Assembly: GCA_964351975.1 (NCBI GenBank)
Contig: CAYGPK010000002.1
Location: 88,772-152,771, forward strand
DNA from: an uncultured Methanosarcinales archaeon
GTDB taxonomy: Archaea; Nanobdellota; Nanobdellia; Woesearchaeales; UBA583
Length of the DNA: 64,000 nucleotides
Direction: 5' to 3'
Position numbers and translations under genes: made by a program. Numbering within the stretch: the first letter of the stretch is position 1; the number at the start of each line of letters is the position of its first letter. Of this stretch, positions 17,950-27,546 are shown piece by piece. The notes beneath the pieces were generated by a model, which saw only the letters and a list, made by a program, of their open reading frames with translations, searched no databases and had not been told where the DNA came from.

Positions 17950-17950
17950 T

Positions 17951-18535
17951 TTATTGGTCTTCATCACCATCAGAATCATTTTCTGTGCTAATTCTTTTCT
18001 GAAAATTAGTAAAATTATAATTAGTTGTTGCAAGAACTCCAACTATAACAAAATAAAATAAAAATATAGAACCTCCCATCGCCTGTAAATAAAAAGCATA
18101 AACATAATATACAAAAGGTAAAAACAATCCATTAAATGGAAGTGGCCAACCATTACTATGAGACTTCTCTAAAATCCAATTTCTCGCAGTTGATAAAAGT
18201 GAGGCTAATGCAAAAAAGTAAACAACAAGTAATACAATATAAGAATTTAAATCACTATAAAATACAACTCCAAAAACAATTGATGAAAGTCCAAACGCCA
18301 TAAAAACACCATGATTCTCAAGTAGTCTATTAAATTTAGATAATTGTATGTCATTATTTTTACCTATAAAATAAGTTAAAATATAAACAATAAATGCACC
18401 TATCATAGTTAAAAAACCTTCACCATAAGACTTTGATGCAAAATAATAAATCTCAAGCATACCCATAATAAAAAGAATAATTGGAAAAATACTCCCATAA
18501 TTAAAAAAATTCTGATCTAAATTATCATCATCCAT
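17951..18535 (-). CDS. Polytopic membrane protein (194 aa), acidic C-terminal tail
   Basis: Five to six hydrophobic segments. TATA-like TTTTAAAT 20 nt upstream of the ATG. No catalytic motif recognised. Confidence 0.6.
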   Translation of the reverse strand: MDDDNLDQNFFNYGSIFPIILFIMGMLEIYYFASKSYGEGFLTMIGAFIVYILTYFIGKNNDIQLSKFNRLLENHGVFMAFGLSSIVFGVVFYSDLNSYIVLLVVYFFALASLLSTARNWILEKSHSNGWPLPFNGLFLPFVYYVYAFYLQAMGGSIFLFYFVIVGVLATTNYNFTNFQKRISTENDSDGDEDQ

Positions 18536-18604
18536 AAACTATAATTACCAAATTCATTTAAAATAACTTTGTATTATTATTTGGGGAGAAATAGTAAACT
18601 AAAT

Positions 18605-18877
18605 TTATTTTGTAATCATTAATAATCTTGTTTTTCTGTAAATTTGGTAAGAATTATATCCTAAAAATGAAAAAATACCTGCAAAGTTTCCGTATACAAA
18701 AAGGTTTTTAACATTTTCAGGTAATTGTAAGTCTATAGATTTATCTAAATATATAGCAGCAGTTAATAAAACTCCAGAAACTAAAATATTTGAAGCATTA
18801 CTAGCTAAACTATCAGAATAATACTTTCTAAAATTAGCAAGACTAACTTCCCTACTTATGGACTTTTCTAAAGACAT
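18605..18877 (-). CDS. Small membrane protein (90 aa)
   Basis: Two hydrophobic segments. AT-rich TATA-like box ~25 nt upstream. Confidence 0.45.
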   Translation of the reverse strand: MSLEKSISREVSLANFRKYYSDSLASNASNILVSGVLLTAAIYLDKSIDLQLPENVKNLFVYGNFAGIFSFLGYNSYQIYRKTRLLMITK

Positions 18878-18990
18878 ATTAAATTTTAAAGAAGAAGTGT
18901 ATATTTAAAAAACTTAGGATATAAAATAAATCTATTATATTTACTTTCAACATAACAACAATCAAAGATTCTTATGAAAACAATAGTCTA

Positions 18991-21105
18991 TTATTTCCCA
19001 ACGTAACGTAAAATAAAGATTTCTTTAATATTTTCTACTTTACCAAACATAGAGAATAATTTAGTGGCATCGGATTCACTGATAGTTTCAGCAAGTTTTT
19101 TATCATAAGAAATCTCTTCAAATTTTTGATTTCCATAAAAATTCATATTTTCAATTTCTTTAACAAAAGAAACCTTATGTAATTCAAATTGCTTTTCAAC
19201 TTTTTTTAAAATTCCTTTTGTAGCAAGCGATTCACAAACTCTCATAATTTCATTAAACATAATATTTGTTTTAAGTAAAAGTTCAGCAGGGTTAAATCTA
19301 TTCTCAAGCTTTAAAATTTGTGATAAAATATTTTTTTCAGACTCTGATAAACTAGATAAATCAACATTTGCAGAAATTCCCTCATATGGAAATAAATTCT
19401 TAATTATCTGTTTGTTAACTCTATCATATAAAATACTAACTTCCTTATTATCATTAGTTCTAAATTTAATAATAGAGGCAGGAACTAATTGAATCTCAAC
19501 TTCATCCGTATCAAGCATTGCTTTAGCATCATCGATGTCAACTTCTGGTGCAACGTGTTGAATAAACTCATCATTGTCTCCTCTTTTAAAACCACTTTTA
19601 GTCTCATTTTGTTTTTTAGATTCAGAAACTCTTTCCCTCTGTTCAGATTCATCATCATTCTCATCAAATTTACCACCATAAGAAATTGAGTCTCCAATTT
19701 CATTTCCATTATCATCTATTTCATAAGGCAAAGTAATATCAACAGTTTCACCACCATGCTTTGAAATTCTTGGACGAATATTAACTTTAAGAGGAATATC
19801 AATAACACCAGTTAAAAGACAAGTCCCAATATTAAGCTTTTGAATCTCATTCTCACTCTCACTTGATACACCTTCACTTGATGCAATTACTGATTTCAAA
19901 TCATTAGGGTTTGTCATCTTAAGAAGAATTTGTGTTGAACACTGTGAAATAACGTTCTTATCAACTTTAGCAGGTCTTTGTGAAATACAGCATAAACCAA
20001 GACCAAATTTACGACCTTCACCCGCAATTATCCTAATAACTTTGGATGCCTTAGTTTCTCCCATACTTCTCTCAGGACAAAAATTATGCGCCTCTTCAAG
20101 TACAAGTAAAAAAGGAGGTATCTCTTCTTTTTTTCTTGCTTCAAATAAATCTCTTAAAAGTCCTGCAACAAAAGTTTCAGCAACGTAAGGCTCTACTCCC
20201 TTAAGTGAGATAATAGATGTTCTCTTGTACTTTACAATTTCTGTAAGTGGAGTTGGGTTAGAAGAGAATAATTTTAATTTCTTTAATTGTTCAAGCATCG
20301 TAATAAGTGACCATTTAGAACTTGACTCTTCATTTGAGATATTAAAAATCAACTCATCAATATTAATTCCATTAACTGAATTACTTAAAATATTAAAAAT
20401 AATATTTTGCTGAGCTGGACTCAATTTCTGAGGAAGTGAATCCACTAAATCGTGTGGTTTCAATTTGTTAATATCAAGAGTTATTCCTTCACATTGAGGA
20501 TTATTTTCAGTATCAGGCGAATACTCTTTAACTCTTTCTAAAAAACCTTCAGGACTAAGTCCAAATTTCTCTAGTCTCTTCAAATCCTTTTTCTCTGAAT
20601 TTGGATACTTTAAAGTTGAATATTCATTATGAGGATCAAGAATTACAATAGGAATATTTTTCTTCATAACTTCCTCTAAAATAACACCAACAGTATAAGA
20701 CTTTCCAGCACCGGATTTAGCCAGAATTGCAATATGTTTTGTAATTGTTTTTTTCAAATCAAGACTTATTTTTAATTCAGGATGATGCTCAAGTACTCCA
20801 ATAAAACTTTTATTATCTATATTTAAATCAACTACTTTCTCAATAAATTTATCATCTGCAATTTCAATATCAGCATCATTTGAAAAAGGTGTTCTAATAT
20901 TCTTTAAAATACCAGAATCACGATATCCAATAACTTTACAACTACCAATTAATTTGTCTGAATCTCTTGTTATGTTAATTACTTGTGTTAAAACATCTCC
21001 ACAATCATAATGTTTAACTTTTAGAAAATCAAATGTTTTAATATCACCAAAAATCTCCACCTTAAATTCATACACATCCGATTTTCCATATAATCTTGCA
21101 AGCAT
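18991..21105 (-). CDS. herA: HerA/DUF87-type ATPase with a ~250-aa C-terminal extension ending in a wHTH-like segment
   Basis: Walker A ILAKSGAGKSYTVGVILEE. ILDPHNEYS, LLVLEEAHNF (Walker B), CISQRP. The canonical end ..RPRISKHGGETV is followed by an acidic linker and LSESEKNILSQILKLENRFNPAELLL...CESLATKGILKKVE. Start set at the internal MLARLYG. Confidence 0.8.
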   Translation of the reverse strand: MLARLYGKSDVYEFKVEIFGDIKTFDFLKVKHYDCGDVLTQVINITRDSDKLIGSCKVIGYRDSGILKNIRTPFSNDADIEIADDKFIEKVVDLNIDNKSFIGVLEHHPELKISLDLKKTITKHIAILAKSGAGKSYTVGVILEEVMKKNIPIVILDPHNEYSTLKYPNSEKKDLKRLEKFGLSPEGFLERVKEYSPDTENNPQCEGITLDINKLKPHDLVDSLPQKLSPAQQNIIFNILSNSVNGINIDELIFNISNEESSSKWSLITMLEQLKKLKLFSSNPTPLTEIVKYKRTSIISLKGVEPYVAETFVAGLLRDLFEARKKEEIPPFLLVLEEAHNFCPERSMGETKASKVIRIIAGEGRKFGLGLCCISQRPAKVDKNVISQCSTQILLKMTNPNDLKSVIASSEGVSSESENEIQKLNIGTCLLTGVIDIPLKVNIRPRISKHGGETVDITLPYEIDDNGNEIGDSISYGGKFDENDDESEQRERVSESKKQNETKSGFKRGDNDEFIQHVAPEVDIDDAKAMLDTDEVEIQLVPASIIKFRTNDNKEVSILYDRVNKQIIKNLFPYEGISANVDLSSLSESEKNILSQILKLENRFNPAELLLKTNIMFNEIMRVCESLATKGILKKVEKQFELHKVSFVKEIENMNFYGNQKFEEISYDKKLAETISESDATKLFSMFGKVENIKEIFILRYVGK

Positions 21106-21207
21106 TTTTCTATAAATTATTTGAAAAAATAACCCTTTATAAAGTTTATTCCCTAACATATGAAAATCTTGTTAAGATTTAAATAAATACATCTATTCAT
21201 ATTATTA

Positions 21208-21816
21208 ATGAAATTATCAAACGATGATAAATATTTAGTTAAAATGGTCACTTCTCTTGCTTTAGGAAGTTGTGGACTTTTAGCAGTTATGTTATATATT
21301 CAAAATCTCTCTTCTGTAGATAGAAGACCAACTCAAGAATTAACTCTTCAGAAAATAGAAGAAATACAAGAGACAACTTCAAATCCAAATTCTCTTGAAG
21401 CAAAAATTGAATCTCCAGTAATTATAGAACAATCAAAAACCACTTCTAAACCAATAAGAGTAGAATACAACTTAACTGATAGACCGCAATACGATAAAAA
21501 AACAGGAAAATGTATGTATAATGGTATTGAAGCTTTATGGGAAATACCAACTGAAAAAGTAAGGGAGATGATTGTTTCTGTAACTGGTAAAGACATTAGA
21601 TATTATTGTATGAGATTTACTGGTGAAAAAGATTTAAGTGAATTAGACTTTCAAGCAAAAGACATTAGAGGTAGTGATTTTAGTAAAATTGGTATTTCAG
21701 GAAGTGATTTTAGAAGAGCATATGCACAAGGTGCAATTTTTATTGATGTAATAGCAGATGAAAAAACAGATTTTACAAATATGACAACTGATAAATATAC
21801 AATAAAATCAAATTAA
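21208..21816 (+). CDS. Membrane-anchored pentapeptide-repeat protein
   Basis: N-terminal TM segment VTSLALGSCGLLAVMLYI. C-terminal DLSELDFQAKDIRGSDFSKIGISGSDFRRAYAQGAIF fits an A(D/N)LxX-type repeat. Confidence 0.6.
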   Translation: MKLSNDDKYLVKMVTSLALGSCGLLAVMLYIQNLSSVDRRPTQELTLQKIEEIQETTSNPNSLEAKIESPVIIEQSKTTSKPIRVEYNLTDRPQYDKKTGKCMYNGIEALWEIPTEKVREMIVSVTGKDIRYYCMRFTGEKDLSELDFQAKDIRGSDFSKIGISGSDFRRAYAQGAIFIDVIADEKTDFTNMTTDKYTIKSN

Positions 21817-22518
21817 TTAATTTTTATCAATATAATACTCAGACTCATTATTTGAGTTGTTTTTAACATAACTCAACACTTCGTCAAGTATACTCTCATT
21901 AACTTCAATATGCATATGTAAAAACCCATTATCATCGTAAAACTCTTTAGAAATGCTCCCAAACTTTCTAAAATTACCGTAAAATGCTCCGCTGTATTGA
22001 GGTGGAACCTTTAAAATAACTTTAATTCTTGAAATAACAATTGGCATAACTTTCTTTAATATCTCTAAAACTTCTTTTGCCTGAGTTTTATAATCAATAT
22101 CGTATTTAAAATTAAATCTCAACTTCTCAACTTCTGATGTTAGCATTGTACTTGTATACTTAGACTTTGTAGTAGGATTAATTGCATTCTCACAAATATA
22201 ATTAATAACCTGTAATTTCTTTTCTTCACGTAATTTATTTAAAAAAGCTGTTGGAATTTGACACTCTCCTTCTAATAAGATTTCTTTAAGAACTTCATCA
22301 TTACTTTTACTACCAAAAGCTTTTTTTAAATCAGAATCTGAAATCTCATCTCCTTTTCTTTGATCTTTAAATATTTTAACATCAGCAAGAACATCGTAAA
22401 TTGAAATAGAATCTGGTTTTTTCTTGAACTCTTCTAATTTATCAAAATCAACTAGAACTTCAAAACTCTCTCCACCTTTCTTATACTTAACTTCAAAAGC
22501 ATCATCTACATTTACCAT
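21817..22518 (-). CDS. SBDS-family ribosome maturation protein (Sdo1)
   Basis: VKYKKGGESFEVLVDFDKLEEFKK...IYDVLADVKIFKDQRKGDEISDSDLKKAFGS is typical of the SBDS N-domain. Confidence 0.85.
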   Translation of the reverse strand: MVNVDDAFEVKYKKGGESFEVLVDFDKLEEFKKKPDSISIYDVLADVKIFKDQRKGDEISDSDLKKAFGSKSNDEVLKEILLEGECQIPTAFLNKLREEKKLQVINYICENAINPTTKSKYTSTMLTSEVEKLRFNFKYDIDYKTQAKEVLEILKKVMPIVISRIKVILKVPPQYSGAFYGNFRKFGSISKEFYDDNGFLHMHIEVNESILDEVLSYVKNNSNNESEYYIDKN

Positions 22519-22565
22519 AACAATATTAAATAAAGGTCATATATAAAGGTTTAGAATAAATTTAT

Positions 22566-23732
22566 CTAAACATACTTTTTAACAGACTCGCTAACCGCCG
22601 TACATACTCCCTTATCAAATGGACCAGGAATTACTTTATCAAAAGTAGGTTTCTTAACAAGCGCTGCAAGCGCTTTTGCTGCACCAATTTTCATATCATC
22701 TGTGATCCCTTTAGCTCTATAATCAATTGCTCCTTTGAAAATTCCAGGAAAAACCAAACTATTGTTAATTTGATTTGGAAAATCAGATCTTCCCGTTCCA
22801 ATAATTTTAACACCTAATTTCTTAGCAAGAGGTGGAGAAATCTCAGGAGTTGGATTGGCTAGAGCAAAAACAACTGGATCTTTGTTCATTGGTTTAATTT
22901 CTTTTTCTCCAAGTAAATTACCTTTTGAAAGACCAATAAAAATATCACAATCAACAAGTGCATCCAAAAGAGATCCCGATAAATTATCCTTATTGATAAT
23001 TTTAAGAAGTTCAACTTTTGTTGAATTTAAATCCTTTCTATCCTTTGAAATAATACCTTTAGAATCGCAAACAACAATGTTCTTTATTCCATACAAATGT
23101 AAAAGTTTAACTGTTGCAATTCCACCAGCACCAGCACCATTCATAACAACTTTAACTTTAGCCTTATCTTTTTTAAGTAATTTCAAACTATTGATAATTC
23201 CAGCAAGAACAACAATTGCTGTTCCGTGTTGATCATCATGAAAAACAGGAATATCTAGACTCTTCTTTAACCTTTCTTCAATCTCAAAACATCTTGGAGC
23301 TGAAATATCTTCTAAATTAATTCCTCCAAAACTTGGCGCAAGCATCTCAACAGTTTTAACAAACTCATCTACATTTTGTGTGTTTAAAGCAATAGGAAAA
23401 GCATTTAAACCACTAAATCTCTTAAATAAAACACATTTTCCTTCCATAACAGGAAGTGATGCCTTAGGACCAATATCTCCGAGTCCTAAAACTGCGCTAC
23501 CATCTGTAATTACAGCAACAGTCTTACCATTCATAACTAAATCACGAACTAAATCAGGGTTCTTTTGAATTGCAAGACAAGGCCCAGCAATACCTGGAGA
23601 ATAAGCAATACTTAAATCAACTTTATTTGAAACTTTAACTTTAGAGTGCATCTCTAATTTTCCATTAATCTTCTTATGAAGATCAGTACTTAACTTATTA
23701 TAATCAACTACTTTTTTTTTACCAAATACCAT
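22566..23732 (-). CDS. NAD(P)-dependent malic enzyme (short prokaryotic form)
   Basis: YSPGIAGPCLAIQKNP, VAVITDGSAVLGLGDIGP.ASLPVMEGKCVLFK, MNGAGAGGIA. Start set at MVFGKKK, supported by TTTATAAA (23755..23762) 22 nt upstream. Confidence 0.9.
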   Translation of the reverse strand: MVFGKKKVVDYNKLSTDLHKKINGKLEMHSKVKVSNKVDLSIAYSPGIAGPCLAIQKNPDLVRDLVMNGKTVAVITDGSAVLGLGDIGPKASLPVMEGKCVLFKRFSGLNAFPIALNTQNVDEFVKTVEMLAPSFGGINLEDISAPRCFEIEERLKKSLDIPVFHDDQHGTAIVVLAGIINSLKLLKKDKAKVKVVMNGAGAGGIATVKLLHLYGIKNIVVCDSKGIISKDRKDLNSTKVELLKIINKDNLSGSLLDALVDCDIFIGLSKGNLLGEKEIKPMNKDPVVFALANPTPEISPPLAKKLGVKIIGTGRSDFPNQINNSLVFPGIFKGAIDYRAKGITDDMKIGAAKALAALVKKPTFDKVIPGPFDKGVCTAVSESVKKYV

Positions 23733-23866
23733 AACAATTATATAATGATAATCATTTATAAACATAATTTAAATGAGAACATTACAACTAGTTTAGCACA
23801 TAGGCCGAAATTCCTTAAAAATAGACCTATGAAAAGCTTTAAAAATGAAAAGAGTTTAATGAAGTT

Positions 23867-24325
23867 ATGTTAGGAAGACGAAAAGTCGTTAGAAAAAATG
23901 TAGATTTTCTATTACAAAATTCACATTACAAAAAATTACATCTATATCTCTATTTTTTCACATTAATTGTTATTTTAGCAATTTATTTTATAATCGTTTT
24001 AATCTTCAAAGATAGCTCAATTGTAGTAATTACAATGGGAATTATTTCACTATTAGTAGGGATTTACTCAGTATTTAAAAGAGATGAAATTGTTAAAAAA
24101 ATAAGTGAAAAACTTGATAGCAACAAAAAAAAAAAGATGAAAAAAGATGATAAATACGGACTTAAATCAACTCTACGAAGAATAACACCAAGGAATAAAA
24201 AACTTAAATTTAATATCAAAAACAAAACAACTCTTAAAGAAAAAATTGATAACTTTAAATCCAAATTCAAGCCTGAAGAAAAAGACCCTAAAAAGAAAAA
24301 ACCCGATTATATTGAGTTAGAATAA
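23867..24325 (+). CDS. Membrane protein with a Lys-rich C-terminal tail
   Basis: Two TM helices followed by a KKKKMKKDDK...KKKKP low-complexity tail. Confidence 0.5.
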   Translation: MLGRRKVVRKNVDFLLQNSHYKKLHLYLYFFTLIVILAIYFIIVLIFKDSSIVVITMGIISLLVGIYSVFKRDEIVKKISEKLDSNKKKKMKKDDKYGLKSTLRRITPRNKKLKFNIKNKTTLKEKIDNFKSKFKPEEKDPKKKKPDYIELE

Positions 24326-24338
24326 ATATATATTAATA

Positions 24339-24740
24339 CTACTCTAAGGCTTTATTTGCAAGTTCATCAGCAACACTATTCTCTTCTCGCCTTATCCAAT
24401 TAAATTTAATCTCTAGACCCTCACACAAACTCTTTGCGTATTCGTATAATGGAATTACCTTTTCAGCCTTAACTTTATACTCTCCTTTCATCTGTTTAAC
24501 AACTAATTGAGAATCAGCAAATACATTAACCCTCTCAATCCTAATGCCTTTTTTCTTCTTTTCATCAATCCACTCTAAAGCTCGAATTAAAGCAAAATAC
24601 TCAGCCTCATTATTAGTTTTAATACCCAAATAAGAAGAAATAGTATCAACTAAATCTCCCTTAGAATAAATTGCAACTCCAGCGCCTGCTTTTCCAGGGT
24701 TTCCCTTTGATGCACCATCTGTAAATATATTTAATATCAT
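24339..24740 (-). CDS. rnhA: Ribonuclease HI
   Basis: IFTDGASKGNPGKAGAGV, NNEAEYFALIRALEW, VFADSQLVVKQM, NSVADELAN (DEDD catalytic pattern). Confidence 0.9.
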   Translation of the reverse strand: MILNIFTDGASKGNPGKAGAGVAIYSKGDLVDTISSYLGIKTNNEAEYFALIRALEWIDEKKKKGIRIERVNVFADSQLVVKQMKGEYKVKAEKVIPLYEYAKSLCEGLEIKFNWIRREENSVADELANKALE

Positions 24741-24754
24741 TTTTTAGTATAGTT

Positions 24755-26572
24755 TTAAGGATAAGTCAAAGTAAAATTCTTAGCAACATTTCCAGTCCAA
24801 GATGACTCACCTGTAACATCAAGTAAAGTTACTTCTTCTCCTGTAAAATCTCCAATATTAGATGCTAAAAGTTTGAAATCTTGTGGAGCTCTAGGATTTC
24901 CTTGAGGTATTAATAATATATTAGTAGGTACAATCTGATTTCCAGAACCTAAGTCAATTTCAAGCCAACCATAACTCTGAACACTAGTATGCCAAGAAGC
25001 AGGATCGGTTAAATCCCCATCAAAAGCAATGTATGCTGCTTGACCACCACTATTTGCACTTGATGCTGACGCTACTAATGGTGAAGGCAATGAATTAGAT
25101 GTCATATTAGAAGTTGGATATTCAATTCCATTTTCAAATAACATCATTTCAGCAATAGCTGTATAAGAATCTCCATTATTAGAACTTATATTCAAACGAA
25201 AATACCTATAACCAGCATTTACAGTAATTGAATCACTAGAAGACCTTAATCCACTATAACAACCAATATTATAAGTTTTAGTTACATCTGTGTAAACAAT
25301 TTGACTTCCTGAACTATTAAGAGTTCCACTCCAATCTCCACTAGCTAAACAGTAATCTGAATACTCTGAAGTCCAATTAAGTGATATTGAATTATTTCCC
25401 CCATAGATCATGGAATTATTTGCAGTAAAATTAATAATCACTTCTTGTGGAGCATTTGTAACAGTAAAATTTTTAGGAACATTTGCAGTCCAAGATGTTT
25501 CTCCTGAAACATCAAGTAATGTGTCTTCTTCTCCACTAAAAGAACCAGTATTAGATGCTAAGATTTTAAAATCTCTAGGATCTCTACTAAAACTATCACC
25601 TAATCCAATTAATGTTAAAATATTAGGAGCAATTGTATTTCCAGAACCTAAATCTATTGTCACCCACCCTGAAGTTTGACCTACAGAGGTATGCCAACCT
25701 GGTGGATTTGTTAAATCTCCATCAAAAGCAACAAATGCTGCTTGAGTACCCCCATTTTCAGTAGATGCTGAAGCTACAAGTGGTGAGGGTAATGAATTTG
25801 TAGTCATATTAGAAGTTGGATATTCAATCCCATTATCAAATAACATCATCTCTACAAGAGCCGTATAAGAATCTCCATTATTAGCAGTAATATTTAAACG
25901 AAAATATCTATAATCATTATATTGGAAAACTGAGACATTTAAAGTTGAAGAAACAGAGTCACAAGTTAAAGTATAACTTGAATTTTCAGTTGGACTAAGA
26001 ACTTCACTACTGTTAATTGTTTTACTTCCACTCCAATAACCACTACCGCTACAACTATCAGCACCATTAGATGTCCAACTTAAATTTATACTAGAACCAT
26101 TGTAAATATAACTAGTATTTGTTGAAAAAGTCAAACTAATATTACCTGAACTAGAATTGCTAGATGAACTTGTGATTTGATTTGTCAAATACAATTTCTT
26201 ACTAAACACTTTTTGATTTGAAATTACAACAACTTCATTAGAACCACTTGTTCCGTTAACACAACTACTTACATCGATAGAGCTAACACCAGGAGATAAA
26301 CTCTGCGAAACATTACAACTAACACCACCAACCCTAATACTACTAATTGTAATATTACTTGTTCCTGAATTCATAAAATAAAGAGTTCCATCAATTATAC
26401 TATCAATATTAGAACTACTAACGCTATCTCCAGACTGAACTTCGACATCACCAAAAATATTACTAGAATAAGTATTAAACCAAGTTTGAAAACTAACTAC
26501 GGCAACAATTGCAACAACTAAAAGTAAACCACTAGCTATAACAGGACCAATGGCTTTATTACCAACAAACAT
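24755..26572 (-). CDS. Archaeal type IV pilin-like (Pilin_N-type class III signal) protein with two [Ig-like + discoidin/F5-8-type-C-like] modules
   Basis: N-terminus MFVGNKA/IGPVIASGLLLVVAIVAVVSFQTWFN. Two modules carry YRYFRLNI..NNGDSYTA..EMMLF...A(F/Y)(V/I)AFDGDLT....WHTS....GW..IDLGSGN....DFK(I/L)LASN. Confidence 0.8.
   Translation of the reverse strand: MFVGNKAIGPVIASGLLLVVAIVAVVSFQTWFNTYSSNIFGDVEVQSGDSVSSSNIDSIIDGTLYFMNSGTSNITISSIRVGGVSCNVSQSLSPGVSSIDVSSCVNGTSGSNEVVVISNQKVFSKKLYLTNQITSSSSNSSSGNISLTFSTNTSYIYNGSSINLSWTSNGADSCSGSGYWSGSKTINSSEVLSPTENSSYTLTCDSVSSTLNVSVFQYNDYRYFRLNITANNGDSYTALVEMMLFDNGIEYPTSNMTTNSLPSPLVASASTENGGTQAAFVAFDGDLTNPPGWHTSVGQTSGWVTIDLGSGNTIAPNILTLIGLGDSFSRDPRDFKILASNTGSFSGEEDTLLDVSGETSWTANVPKNFTVTNAPQEVIINFTANNSMIYGGNNSISLNWTSEYSDYCLASGDWSGTLNSSGSQIVYTDVTKTYNIGCYSGLRSSSDSITVNAGYRYFRLNISSNNGDSYTAIAEMMLFENGIEYPTSNMTSNSLPSPLVASASSANSGGQAAYIAFDGDLTDPASWHTSVQSYGWLEIDLGSGNQIVPTNILLIPQGNPRAPQDFKLLASNIGDFTGEEVTLLDVTGESSWTGNVAKNFTLTYP
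24758..25212 (-). repeat. Internal duplication, copy 2 (C-terminal discoidin-like module)
   Basis: Nucleotide-level repeat of 25460..25914, offset ~702 nt. I counted 17 mismatches over a ~132-nt stretch (25078.. vs 25780..). Confidence 0.8.
25460..25914 (-). repeat. Internal duplication, copy 1
   Basis: See 24758..25212. Confidence 0.8.
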
Positions 26573-26594
26573 ACTAAAATCTCAATAAAATAAC

Positions 26595-26602
26595 TTTTAA
26601 AA
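26595..26602 (-). promoter_or_regulatory. TATA-like box (TTTTAAAA) for 24755..26572
   Basis: 22 nt between the box and the ATG at 26572. Confidence 0.45.
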
Positions 26603-26609
26603 CTTTGTA

Positions 26610-27533
26610 TTAACTAATAATATAAATATAATAACTAACACCATTTAATACAATAACTTCTGAATCTTCAAGTTCAAGCTCGTGTTTCTCATAGTATTTC
26701 TTATCAATTTTTTCTCTTGAAATAACACAAATTGCATTTTTACAAATATACTCAGCTTGATAAAAAAACTGATCTAAAAATTTATCACGAACACTATCTT
26801 CTTTAAAAATTGGAAGTGAGGTTATCACAAAATCAAATTGTTCCTCTTTAAATTTAACATCAATCCAGTCTAATTCAAACTTTGAAACTTTAATTTTCTC
26901 AGGAGATTTATTTAAATTCTCACGAAGCTTTGAAAAATCTTTATCCGATTGAACAACGGCATTGTATTTATTTCTATCAATCTGACTCTTAGGAACATTA
27001 ACACTCATATGTTTAAAACCCTTATAAATATTTAAGCTATGTCTCTCTTTAACATTAAGTGCCTTTCTAGGATTAAATAGTGATGCCTCTAAAATCACAT
27101 CTCCAAAACCTGCAGATAAATCAGTAATTGAATATTTATCTTCCTCATCAAGACCTAGCAAATAAAAACAACTATTAATAATAAGTGGATTAATTGAATC
27201 AGAATTCAAATTAATTTTATATTCACGCTTCGATAAATCAAAACCAACTAAATCATAGACTTTAATTTTCTTGCCATTTAAATCCATATCAATTTTAGGC
27301 ATAGAAAAAAAACTATTTTGTGATTCAACCTTTAAATAAATATTCTCAATTGTTCTTGAATAATAAACTAATTCATAAACTAAATTAAATAAAATTTTAT
27401 CATCTTTATCATCAACTTTAATCTCTAAAATTGAATCAGAAATTGCTTTTGATTCAAAATTTGTTAAATCAAAAATTTCATCAGAAGTTAAATCAATTAA
27501 CCAATCATAAGTTTTTATATATATTGTATGCAT
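26610..27533 (-). CDS. UPF0020/THUMP-associated RNA methyltransferase-like protein with degenerate SAM and catalytic motifs
   Basis: KREYKINLNSDSINPLIINSCFYLLGL....ITDLSAGFGDVILEASLF aligns with the family pattern R.Y........L...lA..l..la......DPmCGSGT..iEA. The NPPYG position reads SLPIF. Confidence 0.45.
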   Translation of the reverse strand: MHTIYIKTYDWLIDLTSDEIFDLTNFESKAISDSILEIKVDDKDDKILFNLVYELVYYSRTIENIYLKVESQNSFFSMPKIDMDLNGKKIKVYDLVGFDLSKREYKINLNSDSINPLIINSCFYLLGLDEEDKYSITDLSAGFGDVILEASLFNPRKALNVKERHSLNIYKGFKHMSVNVPKSQIDRNKYNAVVQSDKDFSKLRENLNKSPEKIKVSKFELDWIDVKFKEEQFDFVITSLPIFKEDSVRDKFLDQFFYQAEYICKNAICVISREKIDKKYYEKHELELEDSEVIVLNGVSYYIYIIS

Positions 27534-27546
27534 TTTCTAACCCAAA

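Noticed and set aside
23799-23833. Imperfect hairpin cataggcc(N17)gacctatg between the malic enzyme gene and 23867.
   Set aside because: It has only a 6-bp contiguous stem with a large AT-rich loop. It lies upstream of both divergent genes, so it is not a terminator, and it is too weak to call an RNA element.
24758-25914. Diversity-generating retroelement (TR/VR pair) as an explanation for the two near-identical 450-nt segments.
   Set aside because: No reverse transcriptase gene is in the window. Both copies are in-frame parts of one CDS. The 17 mismatches I counted involve all base types rather than adenine-specific substitutions. This is an ordinary tandem domain duplication.
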